Assembly (NCBI RefSeq): GCF_021028975.2
Contig: NC_059432.1
Span: 29,264,001 to 29,328,000 of the forward strand
Direction of reading: 5' to 3'
DNA from: Sphaerodactylus townsendi
Lineage: Eukaryota
DNA length: 64,000 nt
The translations under genes were made by a program, and so were the position numbers. The notes under the pieces were generated by a model. The model had not been told where the DNA came from and ran no database searches. It saw only the letters and a list, made by a program, of their open reading frames with translations. Of this stretch, positions 28,555-39,749 are shown one piece after another. The first letter of the stretch is position 1. Each line of letters opens with the position of its first letter.

Positions 28555-28667
28555 GTAAATCTTTCTCAAGGAACAAGCTGCAGTCCTCAACGCAATTTGA
28601 ACGGCCTGATGGTGATTCATGGGATCCCCTTATACCAAAGGAACTTGCCTCTGATGGATAAAATATT
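28555..28667 (+). CDS. FAM149B1: FAM149B1 exon 9
   Basis: [38 protein letters not shown]. Confidence 0.9.
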
Positions 28668-29788
28668 GTAAGAATAGCAGCCTTTTTTGTTCTGTATGAA
28701 TACTCACCTAATAATTGCTGAGCCAGCACATGTATACTTGCTCCAAACTGTCACTTGGCAGCAAATTTCATGAGCAACTTTTGAACATCTTCCTGTTTTT
28801 TATATTTTGTGAGAAGCAGCACATTTGTGCGTATCCCTCGACCTTGATTCAAATGGGCAGTTAAACCTACTTCATTTCGTAGCCTGCATGCGATTGTATT
28901 GAAGCAACCAACACGTCGGTTTAAGCACACACTTTAATATTTTGGTCAACCTGAGACTTATGGTGCTATCCTAAGCAGAGTTTTAGACTTCTAATTTGCA
29001 TTGAATTCAGTGAACTTGAAAGGGTGCATCTCCAGCTAGGAAAGCTGTAATAAAGACAGCTGTAGAGATCTAAAATGAAGTCCCAAGAAGAACGACATCT
29101 TGCTAAGCCCCTTTGGCCCCCGCCAGTCTGATCTTGGCAGAGTTACTCAGCCCTGGCTAGTATTTGGATGGGAGATATCTAGGTTGTGACGCAGAGGGAG
29201 GCAATGACAAATCTCTTGCCTTGAAAACCCTACAGGGTCACCAGGAGTCAGCTGTGATTTGATGGCACTGTCCACCGCCACTCCAAGCCCCCTTGACTTC
29301 AGTGGGCCTAGAAGGGTGTCACTCTGTAGGCTAGTTGCCTTTTTTCAATTCTGACAAAGCTTGTTTACAAGTCAGCTTTCCAGTGTTTGCATATGTTAAA
29401 GGCTGAACTGCAGATTCTACGTCCAATTTGTTTTGAAAACCCACCTTTCCACCAAGCTCACCTTTTCATCAAGCCCTCAAAGCCAAAATAAATTCCTAAA
29501 ACCACAGAAATTTGTCCAGAGGACCCTGGTTAATAGTTGTTGAAATATACACAGGATTTAATGCAACTTTCATTTTTTGTTAAAGTGACTAGAGTAGTGG
29601 ATTGGCCACTGGTGTCGTCTTGTAATTGCTAATGGAAACACTGAATGAAAATTTGCCCGACTCTCCTATATGAGGGCTTTTTAGATCAGGATTGCCATAT
29701 TTGTACTCTGTTCATCCATGTTGCTAGTGTGATAGTGAATGTTTCATTTTGCTCCTGTGCTCTCTCTCCCCCCTGCCTTCCCCATCAG

Positions 29789-30013
29789 AGACTTAGATGA
29801 CAGATCGCTCACCAGGCCAGGCTCCAGTTCTGTACTGTCAACCAGGGCTTGGCCGAATCGTACTCTTGAGCTCAGCACATCTTCTCTGTCCTACTCTGCT
29901 CAGTCTGCTAGAAGGCGTAATCCGCCACCACGTACCTTGCATCCCATCAACACCAGTTACTCTCGCTCAGGGACTCCGAGATCCATGGATGAAGTCATCA
30001 GGGGAACACGACT
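29789..30013 (+). CDS. FAM149B1: FAM149B1 exon 10
   Basis: [24 protein letters not shown]...[13 protein letters not shown]...IRGTRL. Confidence 0.95.
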
Positions 30014-31173
30014 GTACGTTTCTGTGCCACTCTTGTTTTGATCCCAGTGTCTCTTTGGAAATGGTCTTACAGAAAGCAGTCTGCAAAGGGGCCAAGGGAG
30101 CAGCCAAATAAAATGGAATGGTGAACAATGGTGACCTAATCTTTTGCTGCCCAAAAGGCTGGGTGGAAGGGGCAGTTGTCTGTCCTTAAATTTACTTTAT
30201 ACTCTTAAGCTATTCCCTGAAGCAGTCTAGTAAGAGACAGTCTTTCTGCATTATCATTTCATGGTATACTAAATGTACAAATCAGGAATTCCGTGGCGTG
30301 GAGTAATAAGCCGCAGGACTGCAGTCAAATCACTCCTAGTGTGTGCACCTCCCATACAATCAGTGAACGAGTGCTGATAGTCAAAGAACTCGATTTGGAT
30401 ATTGCAAAAGCTTCCCTTTGCTGCCCAACGCCAATTTTATTTCAGTTGAGACTCTGACCAGTTGCTTCATCCATTTCAGCCATTTGCTGAGATGCTTGTC
30501 AGGCACTTGGCTTCACTGTTAGGATGATATCTGCCTATGAAACTGTTTCATTAGCATGTCTCTTGCATCTAAATTTGTACATAATCATAGTCCTTGGTGA
30601 TTTCCCAATGGGGTGTCAGGTGAGTATTGAGCCTTGCTCCATTTTTCAGGGTCAGGCCTGTGGCAAGAAATAAACTTGCTGCTGTTTGTTAGGAATGGGG
30701 CCTACCCACTTGAGAGCAGTTTCCTTGACTCTTGATTGTGTAGGAAAAAAAGCCACGGCATTTTGGGGTGAGCTACAAGGAAGGCATTTTGTGGATAAAC
30801 CCCTAAAGTAGAGCTGGTGGGAAAGGGGATTGGTTGCTAATGGAAGATCATTGTGGTTGTTGCTGACCCTAAGCGAGTCTTTTTATTCCTGAGCAAAGGA
30901 AGAAGCTGGAAAAATGCAAGAGAAACCAGGGATTGATAGCAAGAGAAAAAGTCTAGGAAAATTTTGAGATCCCCCAGCTTCTCGGGTCCACTGAAATGTC
31001 ATCCAGTACGGAATTCTCCTTTTCAGCCCCAATCTCAAAAGCTCCCGAAGAGCCACTCGTCATTTTCCATCAGCTTCGCACGCACCATTTGTTTTATGTA
31101 CCTTGAGCTCATGTTGTCTCATCGCTTCCAGTGCTAATGGGCAGCTTTTAATCATTGCTGTTGATTTTTCCAG

Positions 31174-31291
31174 CACCACTGCAAATGAGCAGTTGTCGTC
31201 ACCTTCCCCGATGCCTCTGAGCCGAAATAATCTCCTGCCTCCTATTAGTTCTGTAGATGCAGTAGAACATTTGGGATCCCAAAAGCCAATG
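31174..31291 (+). CDS. FAM149B1: FAM149B1 exon 11
   Basis: [18 protein letters not shown]...QKPM. Confidence 0.93.
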
Positions 31292-31988
31292 GTAAGCCGT
31301 TGTTCCTGTGACCGAGAATCCAAGCTTCAGAATGGTAGTGGATCTTAAGAAATAAAACTGCCCGGGAATTAAGGTCGCACGGTTAGGTTCCTCCTTACTG
31401 TCTCACCAATCCAAGACGCTCAACTGATGGGCACATGGGAGAGGACCTTTTTGGCGGCAGTCCCACAATTATGAAACAGGTGTTCCTGGTCCCCTCATGT
31501 CTGATTTTTAGGAAGTAGTCGAGGGCAGTTTTCTTTAGGACTGTATTTGACCAGTTTAGTTTATCGTCAGTCCTAAGTGGAGATTTTAAATTGTGGCCTT
31601 TTATATGTTTTTCATAATAATTTTATTTATTTTGTAAACCAGCTTGAGTTCCACAAATTAGCCAGGTCTGAAATTAATAAATCGGCTGAGATTTTGAAAA
31701 TACATTTCTGGTCTTAATCTCCAAGAGAATTTTAAAGAAATTGTTGTGGTTTATTTGAAAGGCCAATTTTTAAAAAATGCTGCAAATACTGAAATTGAAT
31801 GTTGACTATTTATAGTCGCTAATTCGTCGGATTGTGATCCACCTGGAACCCTTACGAATATTAGCTTAGAAACCAGAACATTATCATGCTTTAGTATTGT
31901 TATCCTGGTTTGAGTTGCAATAAATCTCAGTTTCCAAACATATGCACTCTTTTTAGATGTCATGTTTTTGGTTGATTTTATTTTGCAG

Positions 31989-32114
31989 AAATCCCAGGGG
32001 AGTGCCAACCGAGCTCGCAGTGCAATAGCAGATGAAATAAACCACCAGCCAGTACACGAAAGATTTGTGTTGCCTGAGAGCTTCTCCAGACCCAACACAT
32101 CCCATGCATTTTGG
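31989..32114 (+). CDS. FAM149B1: FAM149B1 exon 12
   Basis: KSQGSANRARSAIADE...FSRPNTSHAFW. Confidence 0.93.
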
Positions 32115-32376
32115 GTAAGGGGTGCCAAATTACATCCAGACACTGATAAGATCCTTATTTTGCCACCTAAGCGGAAAACACCAAGGTGAAGAGGCTGCAA
32201 TGCAAAGTTTATAAGTACAGGACACTTCCTTTTCTTACCTGTATTAAGGAAAACAACTGTAAGTACAAAGCTTTTGAATATTAGCTTATGGCTCTTGAGC
32301 GCCTGGCTACCAATTAGGTTTTCATCAGTCACTCTTCCTAAGTCATCCTGGATTTTCCTGGCGCTACTATATGAAT

Positions 32377-32880
32377 CCTAGAAATCCTACTAAGAATCCT
32401 AGAAAGAACACCTAGTGAATGATTTGCAACATACTTTGGTAGCATATAACAATTTTTGAATGATGGAAATAAGTACTAATACTATACATATGCACTAAAG
32501 AGGACGCACATGCACTGAAGAAGATTAGCGAAAACGCACTTCAGCGCGCAGGCGTTTTGCTGCTGCTTCTTTGAACCTTGCTGCTCTTTTGAACTTGTAC
32601 AATTTGGCGGCAGGTTGCTGTTTCTTGAACCGGTGCCTTTTCCATGTTTTCCATTGGACTGTGAATGAAATATTTATAGAGGGAGAACCTTATGGACTCG
32701 TGGAATCATTCCTGATTATGTTATTTTGTGAATATTGTATATATGCACGTTAGTCATTGTTGGTATTAACGCTTCCTTGTGCAATTCCTGTTGTGTCGCA
32801 AGTTTTTTTGGGTTTGGCCAACCTTGTTCCTTGTTTCTTGTTTAGTCTTACCCTCATTCCTCCCTTCCAATTCCACTCCT
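32377..32880 (+). mobile_element. 504-bp non-coding insertion with hammerhead-like motif
   Basis: 13-bp TSD CTACTATATGAAT at 32364-32376 and 32881-32893; CTGAAGA (32515) and GAAA (32530) core. Confidence 0.6.
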
Positions 32881-33367
32881 CTACTATATGAATAACTGAA
32901 TTCATCTCTGTTTCTGTGGGCCAGGTGTCCTTACCTGGGTGTTTCTTACCTTATTTTTTGTTTAGGCTTAATGAAACTTCAGGGCTGCTGTTTTGTACTT
33001 CCTAATGTCATGAAAGGGTAGGACAAGTAGCATTTCTCCACAAGGCTCAGTAGAGTGCTGTTTATTTGCTCCTCCAGTCTCTGCACGTTTGGAAGTATAG
33101 ATCAGGACATTGCTGGTTCTCTGTGTGCTGCACAAGTTAGTTGAAATCTGGACAATGGCCACTTGAACAACATAGAGAGGGAAGGCTATGCTGAATATGA
33201 AAGGTTTGCTGGGAACTCCCATTCCTCATAACGTCCCAGAGTACTTTTTAAAACTATGCAGATCTGTAGATGGCAGATAGCTCCTCCTTCACATGGAAAA
33301 ATGCTGTGCCTGTATCTAAACTTTGTAAAATCATGATCGTGCTATAACTGTTTTACTTGCCTTTTAG

Positions 33368-33449
33368 CCAGACTCGCAGCACCGCCGTTCTTGTACTGTT
33401 ATTGATTATGCTAATCATCCATGGACTAATAAAGGATCTGCTGGCTCAG
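33368..33449 (+). CDS. FAM149B1: FAM149B1 exon 13
   Basis: [27 protein letters not shown]. Confidence 0.9.
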
Positions 33450-33552
33450 GTAGGTGCAAAATTGGACATGTGTTGCTTGAACATTTGGCTGTATTTTATG
33501 AAGACTTAATATGTGTAACCATTTTAATACTGGAATCTTTATTGCTCTACAG

Positions 33553-33687
33553 ATTCTATTAACATAGGAGTGATGGGAATCAGTTTAGGGATATCTAGTT
33601 CTTCCTGTATTAATTCTTTCCACTACCAGCCTCTCGGTCATTTTCTTAACGAGGATGAGGAGGACAAAGAAGATCATCCTCCATTGG
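33553..33687 (+). CDS. FAM149B1: FAM149B1 exon 14 (symmetric 135-nt exon, possibly a cassette)
   Basis: CAG|...G|GTAAGA, open in frame: [44 protein letters not shown]. Confidence 0.7.
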
Positions 33688-35577
33688 GTAAGAAGCGAGA
33701 GGCAGCAAATTTGGACACTGCATGTCCTTTAATTGGTTACCACCCATAAAATATACAGCATTCTTATTAGTTGCTAATTGTTTTGTCAAACAGTTAATTC
33801 CTAAGGTTTTATTGTCTTTGTTCATCATCTACCCTATTAAGCAGATCAATCAGTATTTAAATGAACAAACAGAAGATACGATCCAGAAAAAATGGTTGTG
33901 GCCAGGCTTGGTCATTCGGTACATCTGAATTGTTAAAAAGCTATATTAGTCTTTTTCCGGCTTTTATCAGCCCCGAATACAAGCCGATCCGAATAGCTCA
34001 GAATGTTGAATGACGAATAGATGTTCGGCATTCTGCATTCCGGGGATTTAAACTTTAAAGGGAGCCTTCAATAGCGGCTAGCTGCCTTGGACTCCCTTTA
34101 AAGTTAACTAACTTGACTGTATAGTTAAAACTAGAGAATCCCCCCCCCCCCCCGAGAATCTCCCTCCACCTTATTTACTATTGCTATGTGTGTGTTGGAA
34201 GCTCTCTGGTGGGGTCTGGGTGGGGACGGGGAGCAGCCTGAAGCCAAGAAGAATTGGTTCTTGAGCTGACTCTGGCTGAGTCTCTTTCTCTCTCCTTCCC
34301 TGGAACTCTGTTGTTAATTTGTTTCCAGGGCAACAAATTGGAGATTGGATGACTCAGCCAGCCAGTGATTGCATTTCTGGTAGCTAGAACTTTGCAAAGC
34401 TTTACACCTTGAGGGACAGGACACAGGAGGAGAGGAAAAGTTTAATCTGCCCAAGCAAAACTGGGATGATTTTCATTCCCTGGGATATTCAAACTCCATT
34501 TGGGTTGCCTGGCTGGCTGGCCAAAAAATATAAATTTCAGTGCTGGTTCCTAGTCAGCACATTCTGTGCCAGAGTTCAGAGAGGTAGTGTGATAGTTCAA
34601 GAGCCTTGAACTTGTCCTCCCTCTATCTGGTGACTGGTCATTGAGAGCCTGGCTTCATGGGACACACCAGCCCTGCAGAGGAGGCCTTTCTGGAGAGGAG
34701 AAGACACAGATTTTTATTTCACTAACCAAGTTTTATTTTTCAAAAACATTTGATATTACTAACTTTTAAAACTTTATTGCTTTCCTGTTATAATTGTTTG
34801 CTGCTGGAGGGGGGGCTGAGGGTGTAGAACCAAAGCCCACGGTTCTATTGATTTGAAGTTTAATTTGTTCAACTGTTACTGTTAAGTTGCTGTTAGCAAC
34901 ATTGTCTTTGTTTCTATGGTTTCAATTCAGCTTTTTGGTTGTTTGGGTGTTTGGGGGGGGGTAAGGTCTTAGGACCATGCAGACTTACCTTTCGTTAAAG
35001 TTTACTTACCGGGGGGGGGGGGGGCTGTAGCTTGTTGTTTTCCCTTGTTTTCCTGTTAGTTTGAATTTGTAAAAATTTTGCATAACTGCCTCCCAGTTTT
35101 ATCTCCCCCCCCTTCCCGTGTGCTGCTTCTGTTCTTGCTTTGCTTTGGTTAGAAGATTTGTGGTTTTTTTTGGTTCAGGTCTCCCAAAGTCGAGTTCTCT
35201 CCTTTGGGTCACTCATTTTTCTCCCTGTGTTGGTGTTGTTGTGTTGCTTCCCCTTTTAAGTTTGACCCTTTAGTTTCCTGCTCCAAATCCAAACTGTTAG
35301 GAGGTTTTGCTTTTCCTTCGTAGTGGCTTGTTTCTGTTGCTGGTGGTGGTAGGTCTTGTTGTGGGCTGAGCGGGCCTGTGGGTCTCCCCACTGTACTTTA
35401 GAGGGGGTTTGGGGGATTTGTTTGTTCCATGCTCAGTTAGAGTAGCCTTCCTGTGGTTATCTTTTTGGGGTTTTAGTATTTGACGTGAGCCAGTTTTCAA
35501 AAAATTTCATTTAACTAGTCTAATTGTGAAAGGGCTTGATAGGGTTAATTAGAGTTGTTCATTTAAATCAGCTAGGG

Positions 35578-35721
35578 CAGTGGTGGCGAACCTTTGGCAC
35601 TCCAGATGTTATGGACTACAATTCCCATCAGCCCCTGCCAGCATGGCGAAGGCCATGCTGGCAGTGGCTGATGGGAATTGTAGTCCATAACATCTGGAGT
35701 GCCAAAGGTTCGCCACCACGG
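35578..35721. mobile_element. Near-perfect palindromic hAT MITE
   Basis: TIR CAGTGGTGGCGAACC; 8-bp TSD AGCTAGGG. Confidence 0.88.
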
Positions 35722-36537
35722 AGCTAGGGTTTCAGTATCCTACTTAATAGGATATTAGCAGGTTAAAATAAAAGTGAATGTTCTGGGTTTGCAAATAAAT
35801 AGTGCTGTGGTGTTTCGGTGGGAGTCAGGGCTGGCAAACATGCCCCCTGTCTTGACCTGCTGTGGCTGTGTCACTGGACTGTGTTATGGTGCTGGGGTGT
35901 GCTTAGTTCTTGTCTTCTTCATTAGGTTTTGTTGTAGAGTGGCTTTGTTTTAAGAGGTACAGGTGTTGTTGTGGGTGTGGAAGGGAGAGCCTGCCTCTAC
36001 TATTCTGGAGCGAAAAATGCTGCCTTTCCCCTCCATTGGAAACAGTGTGTGTGTGTGGGGGGGAGGGGGGCTTGCTGTTATGCCCAGCTGGCTCTGTGCT
36101 GGAGATTTTATTTGGGGGGGGGGGGCTCTGGTTAGGGTCTTGCTGTATGCCAGGGGCACCAAATTTCCTGCAGAGCTGCTGGTGAGTCAAAAGGAGAATC
36201 TGGGAAAATTTATTGAGGTGCCTGTCAGGGGTGCATTTTTTAAGATAGCAGCTCCAAATTTGCAGGATGTCTTCAGGAGACTCTCTTGATGTTACCACGC
36301 AGGTTTGGTGAAGTTTGGCTCAGGGTTTGATGGACCCTCAAAGGGACAGCCCCCATCTCCTATTAGCCCCCATTGGAAACAATGGGAGATGGGGACACCC
36401 TTTTGGGGGGTCCATAAAATTGGACCCCCTGACCCAAACTTTATCAAACCTGGGTGGTATCATCAAGAGAGACTCCTGAAGATACCCTGCAGGTTTGTTG
36501 CCACTAGTTTAAAAATATGCCCCTTACAGGCCAAAAA

Positions 36538-36991
36538 TGTAGTCATCCCCGCAGGGTCGTCGCTAAGGAATAGGCGAGACGCGGAGGAGGTTTCATCTGG
36601 TGGAGAGCGTCAGCAACAGGAAGCGCGGGATTTCGTGATCCTGACAACTCTCCCTGTGCTGGTCTCTGGCACCTTTTATTAGGGTTTCATTGTGGGCGTG
36701 TAAAGGAGGTGGGTAGGGAGATGAGCGGGAGACCGGGAGACCTGGAGATCATCATGTGATGCATGATCTCACCTGGCTACGTGCGGAGAGGAGCCGTAAG
36801 CTGCCTGAGCCTAATCTTCTCCTGGGAGCACGACCATTATCACTACGCCCAGTGACTCAACCAGACAGATCATGGCCCGTGACACATAGGGGGATGAGGA
36901 GAGGGGGTGCGGTGCGACCAGAAGGCCGTGAGGTCCGCTACGCCCCAACGTTTCTACCACGGTGCTGCTGGGTCAGCAGTGCATTACTACA
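36538..36991 (-). repeat. ERV 3' LTR (454 bp)
   Basis: Preceded on the minus strand by PPT AAAAAAGGAGGAGA (37005-36992); AATAAA at 36680-36675. Confidence 0.96.
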
Positions 36992-37003
36992 TCTCCTCCT
37001 TTT

Positions 37004-38400
37004 TTACATTTTAGAAGGGGACCGAAATGCTAGGTGATTTAAAGGGACGCCGTCTCCTCCTACTGCCTGGTCAAGCTGGACCGAAAGCTGCTTGTGTAGC
37101 ATTAGAACTTGGCTGCGGGCAGGGGAAATTCGAGGGGCTTCTACACACGCTACAGGCAACATTAGACACACACTGAACGCAAACAGGATCCCATAACGCA
37201 GGCATACAATTAAACCAATGCAGAGCTGTACAATAGCACTCAACCATCCTCCCGGCAGCCAGCTCCAGAGGGCTGACCACCAATGGGGCAAAACATCATA
37301 TTTCAGATTAGATACAACTTCTTGCAGCTCACGTACTTTCATATGAATCAATTGGGAATTGTCAGAGAGGTTAAAGCAACACATATTATGTACATTCTCA
37401 CAACCTTGGTGATGCAACAACAGCAAGTAATCAATAGCGTAACGATTATCTAAGGTCGCTTGATGAAGTTCCTGCTGCTCGGAGGCCAGGGCATCCAGAG
37501 CGGTGGAGGTAGAGTTGGTAGACTTCAAGAAGGACACAGGCCAGAACGGGCCGATAGTCTTAGTGTTACATGAAACAAGTCCGGGACTCCCACAAGGGGA
37601 GTCGCAAGGGAAACATACTCCCGCCTTGGCTAGAGCCGCTGCGTCGCTCCCGCAAAAAGGGGGGGGTCGAGGGGAGGGGCGGAGCGGCACCGGTGCTTGG
37701 GCTCCCCGAGGTGAAGCCTGATGCAAAACAATGGTGAGACGGCAGTAGAGAGTCCCGGCAGGCAGATAGGCGGGAATGCAACAACAGCAAATAATGATAA
37801 CTTCTAAAATTAAGGCATGCAGTAACTTCAATAATCAGTCGGTCATAGTACTCAACAATTCCCTTGGAGGTCGGCTCCAATGGGCATAAAGGGGCAAGGC
37901 ATCAGACATTGCGTCGGCAACAATATATACAAGACATGCATGTTTGTAGATAGGCGACATCACATAAATGAAAACAATAAACATAGCTAAACAGTACATA
38001 GGCTAGATGTAAGGAAGGAAGGCAACCCGTGGTTGCATAATTGTCCAATGCATGGCTCTTGCTGTTTGACTACCAAAGCTACAGAGCGATGGCGTTAGAG
38101 TCCATGGGTTTCTCAAGAGCTTAGGGAGATCTACTGATCGTCTTTAGCATTGTAGGTTCAGTGACTCTCACGAAAGCAAGGTTGTGAGAGAAGGCGTTGT
38201 TCCAACAATTATTCAAGCCGGGCTGAAAACAGCGGAGAGTTCCAAGGGTTAATCTATCAGGAATGTTCCTGGCTGCAATTCCAAGTTTCAGCCAGGGGGC
38301 GGCAGAGAGGGAGAGAGAATGGCTGTAGATGAGGAGCAGCGACACACAGCGCCAACCTTTGAGCCATAGCTGGCCCAGGCTGCCATCTCTGGGACAGCGA
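37004..38400 (-). pseudogene. env: ERV env; SU eroded, TM (about 37510-37004) open
   Basis: Heptad repeat plus ISD LDNRYAIDYLLL, CX6CC CENVHNMCCFNLSD, Trp-rich MPER and membrane span; splice acceptor TTTTTTCTCTTCTATACAG ending at 38571. Confidence 0.88.
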
Positions 38401-38559
38401 GGGTTGCGATCTCCGTGGAAGAATGGGTACTGGTTCCAGAGAGGTCCCTCCCATCTTGGCCCAGGCTGGGGGGGGGATCGGGCTCTCTCAACAGGGCGGC
38501 GGGGTCGGATCCTCCAGGGAGGCCCCGCCCATCTCCGGATGGGGCTGGCCTGGCATGGC

Positions 38560-39730
38560 GAGCTGGACTCCTGTATAGAAGAGAAAAAACAAGCGACGCT
38601 TTTCCCCCAGGGGTTTTGCGTGCTGGCTGAGTTAGTTCTTATAGATGACAATGGAAAGCTCGAGCCCTGAGTGGGGCGGGCGGGCAATTTTTTGATAGAG
38701 AATAGAGAAGAGTACGTTGGATATGGTCTGCTGGGTGAGACCTTGATTGGGTCAATAGGGGAACTACTCCCCTTTCTTTCGTTTGTTTTGGCCAAGCTTT
38801 CGTTAGGGCCAGTTGGCCCATTCCGACAACGATCACTTGCAACATTCAAGGCGTTAAGAGATACAAGGCAGGGAATTGCCCGAAGGCTTAGGAGAAGGGA
38901 GAGGTCATATCCAGGTCGGATGTTTGTTTGTAAAACAATCCCAATCACCGCCTAAGGTGTGGGTTTTTTGCAAAGCAACTAAAACAATTCACAATTATAG
39001 TCATATCGTAATAGCATCTATAGGAAAGATGTAGAGAAGATGCAAAGAAAACAGTTCCTGGGCTTGAGGTTTGATCACAGGAGCAAATTGAGAGGGGTTT
39101 GCAAAAAACCCTTTATCAGATCCTAGATCTAGAGGTGGGGTGCGTCAGCCCATTAGAAAGAGGGAGGGTGTGCAGAAAGGAAGGCAGGGGAAGGGTTTGG
39201 AAGCCAGCTCTACCTTCCCCTCCTGTAAGGGGACTTTGGCCGGTTTGAGCTCGCCTTCCTACCTTCACAGCGGAGAGGCTGTGTAAGATAGGTGTGGCTG
39301 AGAGACCCCTGGCACTGTGACTAGCCAGGGAGCCAGCAGAGAATGTGGGAGCATGAAAATGATTTTGGCTTCATATGTAAACTTGCGCCACTCCAATGTG
39401 GCAGTGTAGGCTCAGATGGACGAAGGAAAAGGTTCTCAAGGAAAGGTTTGAAGAAGAGTTTTGAGGGTTTAAACTAAGATGGAGGCGGCCTGAAGCAGGT
39501 CCCATCGGCCTCCTAGGGAGCATGCACGAGCTGCGTCCTGTTTAAGGTTGATGCTGTAATGGGTGAAGCCTTTCAAGGCATTGGCACACATAGTCAAAAG
39601 GAGAGAGACTTTAATTGAAGCACAAGAGCATAGCTTAGAAGCAATGGAAAAATCCCTCTTATGAGGGGAAAATTTTAGGGGTCTCTTGAAAGGGGGCAAG
39701 ACATACAGAACATACATAGGCATACAGAGC
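38560..39730 (-). pseudogene. pol: ERV pol remnant (RT N-terminus plus integrase; large internal deletion)
   Basis: GRWDLLQ ~ GKWRLLQD; LQTNIRPGY ~ IKTDNGPAY; QVIV..PKQTKERG ~ QAIVER..KQKxG; WGKSVACFF ~ WGRGYACVF; only about 1.2 kb, and no YMDD motif seen. Confidence 0.55.
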
Positions 39731-39749
39731 ACATATAAGGTAACAAGGA

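Noticed and set aside
31751-32332. 193-aa antisense ORF over FAM149B1 exon 12
   Set aside because: No recognisable motif; GTG start; shadow of a coding exon plus intron
35578-35721. miRNA-like hairpin
   Set aside because: TIRs, an 8-bp TSD and several relatives in the window identify it as a hAT MITE
33900-36220. Large composite DNA element hosting the ERV
   Set aside because: Looks repeat-derived (CCGAAT motifs near 33915 and 42490) but no convincing TIR or TSD could be fixed, so not called
38121-38948. 275-aa ORF inside the ERV as a novel accessory gene
   Set aside because: Reads as a patchwork of integrase and env-leader relics in shifting frames, starts at GTG; best explained as decayed pol/env
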